A stretch of DNA of 63,885 bases, the filler included, from Octopus bimaculoides (lineage: Eukaryota): assembly GCF_001194135.2 (NCBI RefSeq). It is 7 parts of 5 records of this genome, joined end to end, with 100 filler letters (N's around TTAATTAATTAA, not from the genome) between each part and the next. Parts side by side here need not be neighbours in the genome. Positions count along the whole stretch, not along the records: positions 25,213 to 53,898 come from NC_068985.1; 6 more parts are not named here. The stretch is one strand, 5' to 3'. A program made the translations under genes and the position numbers. Shown in pieces: positions 26,262 through 44,076 of this stretch; the stretch's first letter is position 1; each line of letters opens with the position of its first letter. The notes under the pieces were generated by a model, which was not told the origin of the DNA, ran no database searches, and worked only from the letters and a program-made list of their open reading frames with translations.

Positions 26262-26640
26262 TGTTGGCACTCCGTCGCTTACGACGTCGAGGATTCCAGT
26301 TGATCCGATCAACGGAACAGCCTGCTCGTGAAATTAACGTGCAAGTGGCTGAGCACTCTACAGACACGTGTACCCTTAACGTAGTTCTCGGGAATATTCA
26401 GCGTGAGACAGTGTGACAAGGCTGACCCTTTGAATTACAGGCACAACAGAAACAGGAAGTAAGAGCGAGAGAAATTTGTGGTGAAAGACTACAGAAGGGT
26501 TCGCCACCATCCCCTGCTGGAGCCTCGTGGAATTTTAGGTGTTTTCGCTCAATAAACACTCACAACGCCCGGTCTGGGAATCGAAACCGCGATCCTATGA
26601 CTGCGAGTCGTGCTGCCCTAACCACTGGGCCATTGCTCCT
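26262..26640 (-). mobile_element. SINE inserted in TLR relic A
   Basis: Near-identical to the 4605-4905 copy. Confidence 0.85.
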
Positions 26641-29104
26641 CAACTTAAGTAATGTAAAATAACAAGAAACAGAATAAACTTAACCCAAAGATTCTCGATG
26701 AAGAACAACATGAATATAATTCAAGGCTGCAAAAAGATGATGGCTATATAAAAGAGTTCAAAATATAAAAAAAATGTACAAAGCCCACAAAATATGGATG
26801 CCAATTCACAGAAATTGTTATAAGTTTCATATTGTCTACCAATTTAAATAAGGTATTATGAACAAAAGACCAACAAATGAGAACAATATTGAAAAAAAGA
26901 TAATGAAGTAAAAAATATTGTAGTGATATAGCTGTATGCAGAAATATTTGAGAAATCTATCAGCGATAGTCTTTTCTCATTTGAGTTTCCCGCATGTAGG
27001 CATAATCATGTTAGCTACTGGAAGAGAAACACTACCGCGACTGCGTAATGTAATGAGTAAACCTCGAAATTTCGATTACGGATACTTCAAATACAATATT
27101 ATGTCGTACAAGCCTGCATGTGTATTTACTCCACTTAAATCTCAGATATCCAATAATCTTGGTTGTAGTTTATATGGATTTCGCTTTGGTGATCAAATCT
27201 ATAAACGTGTGAGTAATATACATCTTATTCGATGACCATATCAACGACTTTCTCAACGGTATGCAGATAAATAAGAGCAAACCGCGTTTATACATTCGTG
27301 TTTAAAATACTACGCAAAATATTTTAGATGTAAGAACTTAACACGCAACAGAACATACTATTCCGAATTTAGTAGTAAATATATTATTGAAGGGAGTTCG
27401 AAAGAATGTTTGAATACATTATATTTTACCGATTTTGGATTAAGTGTCAATGATTTTTAGCAAAACATTTACTGAAAGAAATTTTTAATGAGCTTAATGC
27501 CGCATTCGAATTCACGAAAATACTTTTGATACCAATTCAATCATAGTAATTTCAAACTTTGATCCAGTGGTTTATGCATTAGGTGTCCCTGTGGGAAATT
27601 AGGATGAGAAACAAAGATAAGAATATAGATATCAGTAAAATGAATAAGTTCCATATCTGTGCTGTTGAAAATATTCCAGCCATGAGCTATCGATAATCAT
27701 CATTTGACGTCTTACAGAAAGTACGGTTATTTTCCATCACAGATTCAAGTATCGCCATAGATCTCATTGTGGTATATAAATCTCCAAGCCGGATGTATTT
27801 ACCACTAGTGATATGTAAATAAAGCTTTTCTATTTTCCTTTAGACAGACCAAATTTTATGGTTAGAAAGTTATCGATAAAATTCAAGGTTATCGTTGAAA
27901 GTTAATGCTTTGAAACATGTCTAATAATATTACTACCCTATCGAATTCCAGGAATGGATATTACTCCATACTAATATTCTGATCCTCTTGGACAAAGAAG
28001 AAGCATTTAATGACCCCCCCCCCCAAGAAATTGTGGATGTCTCCGCTGAAATACTTAATATATTATGCAAGCAAAAGATAAAATTTCAGCAATGCATATT
28101 TTTCAGTTCCAGTAATCATTTAAATTCTATATGGATGATCATAAACTTAGCAAATTTTCTCATGCAAATGTTCCTGGACACACAGTGTGTTATAGATGAC
28201 CAAATACTAATGTATAGATTGGAAACAATCCAGTTGACAACAAATAAGTTGTGTAGTAGATGCTAGAATTTTGGAATCAGCTGTCGCATTAATATAGAAA
28301 TATGTTCTTCCATTAAAGCAGTTAAATATATAAGCGCTATAATAGCATGAATAATCAAACTAAAGAAAATTAAAATGAATAGTGATTTAGTTACGATTGA
28401 ATATATAAAAATATGCCAAGTATTAGAATACGAAATGTATGATATCACATGAATTTTTACAGATAGATTATTTGAAAAGAATAGAGGTTGTAAACATATA
28501 TCAGAATCTGTTAATCGAAGATACTCATCTTTATTCAGCATGTACTATTTGTCTATTCCGTACAAATATATTTTTGCTAAGGGAATTAATCTGTCGAAAG
28601 ATAAGCTTTAAAGTTTCGGTAAATAGTTTCCAAAATATTAATCTGAAAGAATCTAAATGCTTTTGTCTCCAAAAGTTTTACTTGCATATAAAGGGATTAT
28701 CTACCCTCCGGGTTTACGGAGAGTACAAGTAGCAATGAAATCTAATAAGGAAAGAAGAATGCTACAATAGAAACATGAATGAAAGAGCTTCCTCCGATGA
28801 ACTTCCTTGCCATAGTGTGCTCGATAAAATATCCGGAAATTATATTAATCAGGGATATATCTTGTGCAAGACAAAAGAAAGATATTTCAAAACTATGAAA
28901 CATCTACGTAATGCATGGTTTAAAGGGGTTGGCAACATTCAGGTATCTGATCCTTGGACTAACTTATATAATTTCACTTAACAACAAGGCCTAGACAAAA
29001 TGATAAACTTCAAATATGATTCAGTGGCTTGAGCAATGAACAATATATGAATATTTTATCTGAGAGGTCACATTTGACACGCCTGACCACCAATTTACTG
29101 AAAG

Positions 29105-29345
29105 AACAGGAGAATGAGGGCGGCGAGCTGGCAGAATCGTTAACACGTCGGGCGAAATGCTTAGCAGTATTTCGTCTGCCGTTACGTTCTAAGTTCAAAT
29201 TCCGCCGAGGTCGACTTTGCCTTTCATCCTTTCGGGGTCGATAAATTAATTACCAGTTACGCACTAGGGTCGATGTAATCGAATTAATCCCTTTGTCTAT
29301 CCTTGTTTGTCACCTGTATATTTAGCCCCTTGTGGGCAATAAAGA
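29105..29345 (+). mobile_element. SINE inserted in TLR relic A
   Basis: GAGGGCGGCGAGCTGGCAGAATCGTTAACACG...GTTCAAATTCCGCCGAGGTCGACTTTGCC. Confidence 0.85.
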
Positions 29346-31089
29346 AATTAGAATAGGAGAACGAGGCAAATAGCGTTTGTACAATACATTAAGTGGTTAT
29401 GAGAGGTAAAGATAATAAAAACTATATTCTCCTTGTAAATACGAAGTTAAGAACTGCTGAGTTACGTGGGCGATCGCCACACTGCAAATTTGTGATACCG
29501 AATGCGGATTCGGTAAAACCTTTCAGGAAAATTTCTCCCTCTGAATCTAATCGTATATTCCAGATATTCGTTCTCATAATCGGAAAATGTCTGTTCTATT
29601 CTAAAATGTTTCAAAGATGATGAGTATAGCCCAAAATTGAATTATGAGAAATAATGAACCATTTGAATTCTCTATCAGGGTACTCACGAGTACCAAACAT
29701 TTGCCACATTGCTGATGCTATCACAAATTAGAGCATTATGCCCACATAACAGTAGCAAAGAAGGATGAATTTTTTGCCTTATTTCTTAAATTTACCTTGT
29801 TTCTTAACACAATGAATACAAGTATTATCAAAATACATTATCCTGTGGTTGTCGAAAACATATAACGAGGAAATATATTTTAAATTTAACGATGTCAGAG
29901 GTCGAGAAGAAAAAAATAATTTACACAGACAATAAACGGTACATTATTTCTAAATTCAAATATTGTATCATAGTTTCGGTGATATCACAAACTACAAAAG
30001 TTGAAAAGTCTAAAAAATACTTATCCTAAAACTGCCTTAAATAAATAATTTCACTTTCGACGGGTGCTACGCTTGTATATGTTATAAAGATGTATAAAGT
30101 TAGATAGATGATTCCAGTTTAATTATAGATAGCTTCAAGAAAATGCGCTAAAATATTTCCAGTTGTCTTCACTCATAGATTAAACTAAATATTGAAGATT
30201 TAGGCAATTTTTGTAGTAATCCCATTTGATAGTGCAACTAAGATGCAGTCTTTTGGAACGTGTAAATACAAGAAAGTATGTAGAATCAAAATGTGTTAAA
30301 ATACTTTGCTTTAGAGAAATCATTTAAGGCGATATCATAGGAAGTTTAGATGTTTCACTATCACCGTATCAACATCTTTAATATCAGTTCTTACATTTAC
30401 ACGTAGCACATGTTTTAGTGGATTGAGTGTGTGGATTACATCGACGTATCTCAGCACTTTATTATGATTTTAATTTATCGACAATAGATGGGTGAATTGC
30501 ACACTTAAACTTAACGTAACAAAATGCTGCAATACATTTTTTGTGGTCACTAAATATTCTGTTTATTCCTTACAATTCTCAAATCTGCAACTAATATTAC
30601 AATGAAGTAGTTCTTACAATATTTAATAATTATTAGGACGGTTGATAAATAGAATCCATACAGTTTTAGATTAATACATTACAGTATACAATAACATTCA
30701 ATATAAAAATCCAAATTGAGTTTTACTAAACATCTGTTTGAATTATATGTAGCCAAGATCCTCGTTGTCGTTTTTGTTGTTTAAACTTACATTATTCTTG
30801 ATCGAGTAGACTTTTCAGCTGTGATCATTTCATCTACTTTGTGTATCAGTAAATACCTTTTACAGTAAGTGCTTAAATTCTTTTTAAAGAAATAAGATAC
30901 ATGTTGAGGGACGCTATCTACAATTCATAGCAGATACTTTACTCAAAATATGAATTAATAATAAACGCTAATCAATTTAATTGCTGTACACTTCCCTTAC
31001 GTAATTTTGATTTACTGTTAATATAATAACTTAATGTTAACGGTTCATGTAAAATAAGTATGGGAATTGGAATTAGAATTGGAATTGCC

Positions 31090-31485
31090 AAGACTGGGAT
31101 TCTAGAATATAAGTGAAAATTTGCCTAGCTTCTTTGAAATGAAGAAACATTTCTGCTAGCATCAGTTCTCAATTCTACCGACAGCCCAAAATTACTACCT
31201 GGTTGCTTTGAATTCTAACCTGGTTTTATATGAAATTATGTTTATAATATATAATTACAAAAATGCACCAAAATGTGGAATACTTCAACCCATGTACGAA
31301 TTAAACTGTAATATCGAACAAATAGATACTCTGATTTATTATTGTCAGACAGATGATTAACTGATGGTATCTTAAGGATGGGTTTGCGCATATGTAACCT
31401 CGGATCATCGTCGTCGCCATCATCGTCGTCGCCATCATCGTCGTCGCCATCATCGTCGTCGCCATCATCGTCGTCGCCATCATCG

Positions 31486-31541
<56 letters not shown>

Positions 31542-32620
31542 GCCATCGTCATCGTCATCGTCCTCCTCCTCCTCCTCCTCATCATCATCATTATCATCAT
31601 CATCTATCAACCGCAACAACCATCTTCGTTGCTCCAACTGATAACAGCGCCAATAATCTTCTACAATCAACAGCGAACCCAAGTCATCAGGAAACCACGT
31701 CCTAATATAGAGCTAGCAGAGATTTTACTAAACATTCTGGAGGCTGCACATAGATATCGATAGTTTTCTAACCGATGTTTTGTCGAACACCAGTATTTTG
31801 TTTTCCTCAAAAATGCATTTGGCCTGTCTAGTATTAATACACCTAGTTGCTACATGTCACACTGTATATTAGCCACCCTTGATGAACATTGATAGCATAC
31901 CTGGCATAGTATAAAACTAGTGATATATGTTTGAATCTGCACCGTTGAGATAACTAATATCCAGTAAACAGAACTGGGTTGTTGGTATTTCAACGATGGG
32001 AAGAAGCAATGGTAGTTTAAGAAATATGAACATATTTTAGCTAAACCGCCATTACAAATGTGGTACTTCGGTTTTACGAATGTTTTATGACCTTGCATAT
32101 GAGAACTGCAACAGCACACATTAAAAAACTTTGATAATAATATTTGCTTCTTCTCACTTAGTTACATTGTAAGCTTGTCGACGTCATTTTCTCGCCATCA
32201 AACCTAGTAGATTTCTTAGGGTTGATCTTCATTATAAACTTAGTTGGCAAAATGTAAAGTAAAAGATTCACTTTAAATTCAAGTACTGTGAAGGAAAAGT
32301 AATCGCGACATTAAGTCGTACATTATAGGTTAAATCACTAACGACTGATACAGAAGTAGTTATATAGGCGTTTCAAGTATGCTTCTACTGAGACATATTT
32401 AAAACATTTATATCAGATTAGCTGAAGTTTTTATAGTTATAGCACATCGATACTCTGGTGGTTCTCATTTTTGTATATATAACTTTCTGTAACTTAGATA
32501 TGATTTTTGTTGTAGTAAAATATGTTTTCCCATAATAGATTCAATATCAATATTGGTCGTATTATAATCTAAGATATGTGAGCAATGCCCAAATGTGGTG
32601 TGTATAACATACGGCATAGG
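31090..32620 (-). pseudogene. Decayed LRR ectodomain relic B (TLR-like; no TIR seen), split by a (CAT/CGT)n expansion
   Basis: Minus pieces: HILDYNTTNI, DINVLNMSQ*, FTVLEFKVNLLLYILPTKF, FCLLDISYLN, SVRKLSISMCSLQNV, VNHLSDNNKSE, VRIQSNQVVIL...EMFLHFKEARQI; all fit LxxLxLxxNxL/xF spacing loosely. Confidence 0.45.
31405..31605. repeat. Compound (CAT)n/(CGT)n/(CCT)n trinucleotide microsatellite
   Basis: Direct inspection. Confidence 0.95.
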
Positions 32621-33159
32621 AATTGTTTCTCCCTGGCGTAAAAGAAATATTTCACTAGATCATACTAAATTGTAAGTCATAAACACTAACACATCGAAAC
32701 TCACCAAGAATATAAATTGAAATTAAGTCACACTCACGTTTTAAAGCTAAAATATCCGCGATTATTTTGCTTATTGGCAAAGACATATTCAAAATTATGA
32801 AGAGAAGAAAAAAAACATATATTCACAAATACATGAATTTAGACGCTTAGATTCCGACACGTATCACAAAATAATACCGTTAATACAATTCTATATATAT
32901 TTACATACATACACAGACAGGCACATACGTGATCTATTTATCGCTTTCATTTGTTTTTCTGTCAGATTCATTGCTTTATATATATATCCTTAATATATTT
33001 TATAGATAGATATTTCTCATCATCAAAAGGTCAAGTAAGAGACTCTGTTTACGTGCTCTAATGTTATAAATAAGTGACAACCCGAATAATTATAGGAAAG
33101 CGACTCCAAGAGCAATAACATGATCGTCAACAAGAATAGTATCACGAATAAAAACAAGA

Positions 33160-33241
33160 ACGATTATAACAACAGCAACAATATCAACAAGAACAACAGC
33201 AGCAACAGCAAGTGCAGCAGCAGCGACAAAAACAACAATAG

Positions 33242-33311
<70 letters not shown>

Positions 33312-33365
33312 TAATAATAATAATAATATTAAAATAGACAGGAAAACAAGAAAAAACAGACAAAC

Positions 33366-33402
<37 letters not shown>

Positions 33403-33405
33403 GCA
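33160..33405. repeat. (AAC/AGC)n and (AAT)n microsatellite tract
   Basis: Direct inspection. Confidence 0.9.
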
Positions 33406-34390
33406 NNNNNNNNNNNNNNNNNNNNNNNNNNNNNNNNNNNNNNNNNNNNNNNNNNNNNNNNNNNNNNNNNNNNNNNNNNNNNNNNNNNNNNNNNNNNNNN
33501 NNNNNNNNNNNNNNNNNNNNNNNNNNNNNNNNNNNNNNNNNNNNNNNNNNNNNNNNNNNNNNNNNNNNNNNNNNNNNNNNNNNNNNNNNNNNNNNNNNNN
33601 NNNNNNNNNNNNNNNNNNNNNNNNNNNNNNNNNNNNNNNNNNNNNNNNNNNNNNNNNNNNNNNNNNNNNNNNNNNNNNNNNNNNNNNNNNNNNNNNNNNN
33701 NNNNNNNNNNNNNNNNNNNNNNNNNNNNNNNNNNNNNNNNNNNNNNNNNNNNNNNNNNNNNNNNNNNNNNNNNNNNNNNNNNNNNNNNNNNNNNNNNNNN
33801 NNNNNNNNNNNNNNNNNNNNNNNNNNNNNNNNNNNNNNNNNNNNNNNNNNNNNNNNNNNNNNNNNNNNNNNNNNNNNNNNNNNNNNNNNNNNNNNNNNNN
33901 NNNNNNNNNNNNNNNNNNNNNNNNNNNNNNNNNNNNNNNNNNNNNNNNNNNNNNNNNNNNNNNNNNNNNNNNNNNNNNNNNNNNNNNNNNNNNNNNNNNN
34001 NNNNNNNNNNNNNNNNNNNNNNNNNNNNNNNNNNNNNNNNNNNNNNNNNNNNNNNNNNNNNNNNNNNNNNNNNNNNNNNNNNNNNNNNNNNNNNNNNNNN
34101 NNNNNNNNNNNNNNNNNNNNNNNNNNNNNNNNNNNNNNNNNNNNNNNNNNNNNNNNNNNNNNNNNNNNNNNNNNNNNNNNNNNNNNNNNNNNNNNNNNNN
34201 NNNNNNNNNNNNNNNNNNNNNNNNNNNNNNNNNNNNNNNNNNNNNNNNNNNNNNNNNNNNNNNNNNNNNNNNNNNNNNNNNNNNNNNNNNNNNNNNNNNN
34301 NNNNNNNNNNNNNNNNNNNNNNNNNNNNNNNNNNNNNNNNNNNNNNNNNNNNNNNNNNNNNNNNNNNNNNNNNNNNNNNNNNNNNNNNNN

Positions 34391-34690
34391 TAGAGATAAC
34401 TCGAATGTGGAATCTAAAAACAGAAACAATTCCTATCATAGTAGGTGCCTTAGGTATAATAAAAAAAATATTCAGACAAATACATAACAAAAACACCAGG
34501 ACATACAAATATATATAACATACAGAAAATTGCACTACTGGGTACTGCACACATTCTACGCAAAACACTTTCAATACAGTAAACATAAGAGCACCACAGC
34601 AAACCACAGCACATACCCAAGGCGTACAGAGCTGCGCTCGGTAGTGAAGTGAAAGCACGTTATAAAAATAAAACTACTGAACAATAATAA
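34391..34690 (+). mobile_element. R4/Dong-type (RLE-clade) LINE 3' end with (AAT)n tail
   Basis: IEITRMWNLKTETIPIIVGALGII...NIQKIALLGTAHILRKTL, the typical C-terminus of this clade. Confidence 0.8.
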
Positions 34691-34699
34691 TAATAATAA

Positions 34700-35240
34700 C
34701 CAGGTAGTGGCTCTCATGGCTTCTGATCATAATTGATTGGAAGTGTTATCATGTACGTTTTTTTGTCTTGGCATAAAAGATGGTCTACAGCAAATATTCT
34801 GCTTAATACCACAGACATGCTTGTCAGTTGCTTGTCCTTAACCAGTTGAGCATGTCCCGTGGTGGCTGACGATATGTGCATCTCTGATCACGAGCAGAAG
34901 TAGTGGGGGGGCATCATAGCCATGTGTTGAGAGGAGTTCTTTGGGGTTTGAATAATACACCTTTGGAAACATGGGTGTTTTGCCGAACATCCTTAAACAA
35001 ACCTTATTCAGGGACCTTTTGAGCCGGATGGGCTACTCGACCTGAAAAAAAGTCTAACTCGGCCCCACCTGCGAGGTCATGCGCTGTTTATCTTGATATG
35101 AGATCATGTCGCGCACATGTGGTTGTGATGCATGTGCCTGGTGTACCCTTATCAGACGGGTAGTCATGATGGGTATATTGAGCTTTGTATATTTTACCCC
35201 AGTGTCACTTTGATGGCAAGCACTGCTCTCTCACTCAATA
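34700..35240. mobile_element. Interspersed repeat ending in an (AAT)n tract; internally shorter copy at 62340-62600
   Basis: Shared GATATGTGCATCTCTGATCACGAGCAGAAGTAGTGGGGG and GGTTGTGATGCATGTGCCTGG.GTACCCTTATCAGAC blocks. Confidence 0.75.
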
Positions 35241-35329
35241 ATAATAATGATAACAACAACAACAATAATGATGATGATGATGTTGACAATAATAATGATA
35301 ATAATAATAATGATAATAATAATAATAAT

Positions 35330-35374
<45 letters not shown>

Positions 35375-35429
35375 TATTATTATTATTATTATTATTATAA
35401 TTATTATTATTATTATTATAATTATTATT

Positions 35430-40520
<5,091 letters not shown>

Positions 40521-40689
40521 ATTGTTTGGATCAGACAAGAAATGTATGCGCAGTCATAGGCGTCAATTGTGCTGCTGATGTGAATATCTCTTTGAAAATC
40601 AACGAGAAAGAGGGTAACTATGGTTAAATTCTTCGAAACCACCATCTTCTATATCCAGATTATAAATTAACATTTATACCAATAATAAT

Positions 40690-43583
40690 ATAATGATTGG
40701 TGCACTTGATTTTGTGAATAAATGCCTAATTGATAATCTGTGTCTTCAGAAAAAGGAATCAACCAACTAAAAACAATCTGTTAATTGAATAGTAAAAACA
40801 TGCAAAACATTTCTTAAGTTTAAAATCTGATATTGTAGATCCATTAGTCAACGCCGTCAGTCGGAAAAAGAATTTAGATTATTAAGAACATAAGAGAAAA
40901 TACATACATATATTGCTTTTACAGGCAGTTCATAGAATCAATAGTGTATCAGTTTGTTCTATGAATTTCCACATGCTTTAGTGTTTCGTCAGCGCGTTAT
41001 TTATCCCTACCACACTGTATCTTTTATATAAACTATCAACTATTTGAATATTTCGCATTTTGAAAGTTTTCTTCATTCATCTCAGATATTTTTATTTAAG
41101 CATTAACTACGTCCCTTGAATTAAGTATTCTTAACTTTAAATTATCCATCGAACATGTGTAATGCACTATTTTGACTCATATTTTAATCAGTGTGCAAAC
41201 TTCTGTTGACAACGATCAGTTAATCAGTTTGTTCTGTTCGTAGGTTATTTTGAATTTCAGTGAAATGTTAATGTATTCCACATATCTTTTCATCTAAGTA
41301 ATAAGTAAGTATCAGCTGGAATAGCATCACCTGAATCTTTTTATAATGGGTGTTATGTCTGTCTGTCTGACTATCTCTCTGTCTGTCTGTCCGTCTCTCC
41401 GTCTATTTGTCTGTTCCCTCTTCATGGCCCAATGGCTAGACCAATGGTCACGATGTTTTTCGGGATTACTAAGGAGGTAATCAGGAAGGTTTTTAGCGAA
41501 AACATTGTGAAAAAGTGTGATTATTTAGTGGATATTGAGGTTCGGATTAATAAATCACCTTTAATTTTTTCTTTTTTGTTTTGTTAAAATTCTGGCAAGG
41601 AGGATTAACACCGAATTTCCCCTCAATATAGTTCGTGAATTTAGAGGGTTTAGATTTGCGATGGGCAGATTTGCTATATTACTATAATGGGCATTATGTG
41701 CGTCTGTCTGTCCGTCTGTCTGTCCGTCTGTCTGTCCGTCTCTTTTCACGGCCAGACAGCTGGACTAATGGTTGCGATATTTTAAGGGATTACAAAGACG
41801 GTCGCCAGTAAGGGTTTTAGCATTAAAAACTCAGAAAGTAAGACAATTTCGTGGATATTGATTTTTGAATTGATAAGCCACCTTCACATTTCTATTAAAA
41901 ATTCATCGACAACGAGTAACTCCGGATCTTCATCGTATAGTTCCTGGGCCTATCGTAGATACGATGGGGTCACGAGAACGGTTAATAGCGAGAATAAAAT
42001 GGAAAAGGTGTGCGTCAGTATATAGTGTGTATGATTATTTAGTGGTTATTGAAGTATGTCAGTCTCAAGCAGGATTCGAAAAAGCTAATCGAAGCGCCTG
42101 GTGTTTACTTCTCAGTTTCGTGAGTCAAAATAACTCATGGTACCAGAACATCCAGATACTATTCGCACAGAACAGTGAGAGGTAAGTTTCAGTTTGATTT
42201 TTTTCAAACCTTATGACTCCGATCGCGCATTCACAGCAAACAAAGCACAGGGTTAGACTTTAGATTGTGAAGCTTATTTTACCCAGTCCGATGTTTACAC
42301 ATGACCAGTTATACGTCGCTATGTGTGGAGCAACAGACTCCAGTAGTTAGAAAATATCGTCTACAAAGAAGTTTTGTAATCATATTGGTATTATCGAAAG
42401 GAATATAATTCAAATTTAAATAAGGAAATTTGTGAACTTTGAATGTATAAGAATATAGGCAAGCGTAAAATGGTGTAAACAGCTAAAATAATAGTATATC
42501 TAAATAACATTTTTTTCTTAAAACTTTTTATGTAATGGTCAAAGGAAGGTCTGGCTTTCGTTAGGAGTGGTCTATATAATAATTCATGATATAGAGGCTA
42601 GGAGCCTATTTCAGTTCAGGAGTGAATCGTCATGTTACTTAGTCGCAAACACGTCATATAGCTGCAATAGAATGCTGTATCGCCAACAATAATGTGATTT
42701 CTCTAAGACATCACTCAGTAATCTGTCAAGTCTATTTACACATTTCTCAATAGATACTGTTGTTATGACGTCCCTCCCTTATGTTATGCCTCCTTCATAG
42801 ATGGGTAGATTTGCGAGTAATTTTACTCGACATACTTTATAACATGCACTGCGTAAGTTTAATTTTTCCATCCGTAATCACCCACGAGGTATACATGTAT
42901 ATATCCAAACATAAGAAAAAATTATTTCTTTATGTATGGCAGTATATATGCACGTTCCAGTTTGCTGGTTACAAATTCAAACTGGTAGTTATTATTTGAC
43001 AAATTGGCCAATGATTTTATTTCGGTGCCAGTATTACACATCTTTTACTTCCAAGAAAGAACCGTTTTGAATCAAATATTTTTTTCCCATATAAAATACT
43101 TAAGTGCTACGTTTTTCTTTTGCTTTCTCATACTACTTAATATATTATGAGAGATAATGTGGAATTTACGCGTTACATTTGTTTATTCAATTTATATTTA
43201 TCTATTATTTGTATTTCCTTTTGGCGCAACTGAACGAGACTCAAATGAAACTATATTTTGAATTGATTGTACACAACACTTCTGATTTAATCAACGTCTT
43301 TCGTTGACGGGATTGTCAGATCTTCGTAAGGCAATTTATCCAAAATAATGTGAATTCATGTGAATGTATTTGTTTTAGGTATTAATAAACCTGAGCAGGT
43401 CAGAATTTGTTGTAACTGGGTATGTATGTATGTATGTATGTATGTATGTATGTATGTATGTATGTATGTATGTATGTGTGTGCATGTGTGAGTACACGCG
43501 CATATACATAAATAAATATATAGATATAGATGTATATACACACATGTGCACATATATATATATATATATACACAGAACACACA

Positions 43584-43645
<62 letters not shown>

Positions 43646-43900
43646 CATACATACATATATATACATATATACGTATATATTATGTAATATATAATATATA
43701 ATGAAAGAAAAGGGATGTTTATGCATTTGAAGTGCCTAAATGAAATCTGAATAAGATTAATACGATATAAGCTATTATATTATCTCTATAATTCAATTGA
43801 AAACAACCCTTACTAATATTATAGAAATTTCTCAAAACAGGCAAATCATTCATATTCCAATAGTTACATAACTATTCAATCGAAGACGTATATTACTTCT
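40690..43900 (+). pseudogene. Decayed LRR ectodomain relic D (TLR-like; LRRCT-like end, TIR not seen)
   Basis: TN*KQSVN*IVKTCKTFLKF (~40760), TINYLNISHF...LFKH*LRPLN (~41030), LLKYVSLKQ (~42045), GNL*TLNV (~42425), CIANNNVISL (~42678), VDLRVILLDILYN (~42805), ANDFISVP (~43008), YLYNSIENNPY (~43785). Confidence 0.45.
41350..41890. mobile_element. Two related (GTCT/GTCC)n-containing repeats, DINE-1/Helentron-associated-like
   Basis: Each copy has (GTCTGTCC)n followed by CTCTT..CA.GGCC...GG..TA..CC/ACTAATGGT..CGAT.TTTT..GGGATTAC...GG.TTTTAGC...GTGGATATTGA. Family assignment is inference from the microsatellite type. Confidence 0.5.
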
Positions 43901-44076
43901 TAATTGAAAGTGACCAATTGGCGGAATCGTTAGAGTGTCTGATACAATGCCACGCCAAATTCTTTCCGACTCTTTGTGTATCGAGTCTAAATCCCAGCGA
44001 GGAAAAGTTTCGCTTCATGTATTTGGAGTCGATAAGTGAAGTACCAGCCCAATGTTAGATTTGATTTTTCTCTCTT

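Larger units (their letters stand above)
25847..30880 (+). pseudogene. Decayed Toll-like receptor relic A (signal peptide, LRRs, LRRCT, LRRs, LRRCT, TM, TIR), SINE-interrupted; could be two adjacent relics
   Basis: MVYLFLLVAISDFFTNSKAEVIC (25847); LRR remnants IRTFRIDNTSFKSKGMTSFQSL (~26130), NIMSYKPACVFTPLKS (~27095), EEAFND...IVDVSAEILNIL (~27995), IDYLKRIEVVNIYQNLL (~28465), VNSFQNINLKE (~28620); MIQWLEQ...VTFDTPD (LRRCT-like, 29016-29095); KILILKLP*INNFTFDG (~30015); NP/FDSATKMQSF (~30218); TITVSTSLISVLTF (TM-like, ~30355); FELYVAK...YIILDRVD...STLCISKYL (TIR C-terminal half, 30737-30870). Many stops and frameshifts. Confidence 0.6.

Noticed and set aside
27550-28550. Minus-strand cadherin/protocadherin-like reading (LTDSD...LSVKIHVI)
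   Set aside because: No DxNDN, LDRE or DxD motifs; the plus-strand LRR reading is colinear over several kb.
29450-29660. TIR-like reading (LQICDTECGFGKTFQENF)
   Set aside because: LRR, LRRCT, TM and a better TIR remnant follow at 30.0-30.9 kb, so this is more likely LRR. Still ambiguous.
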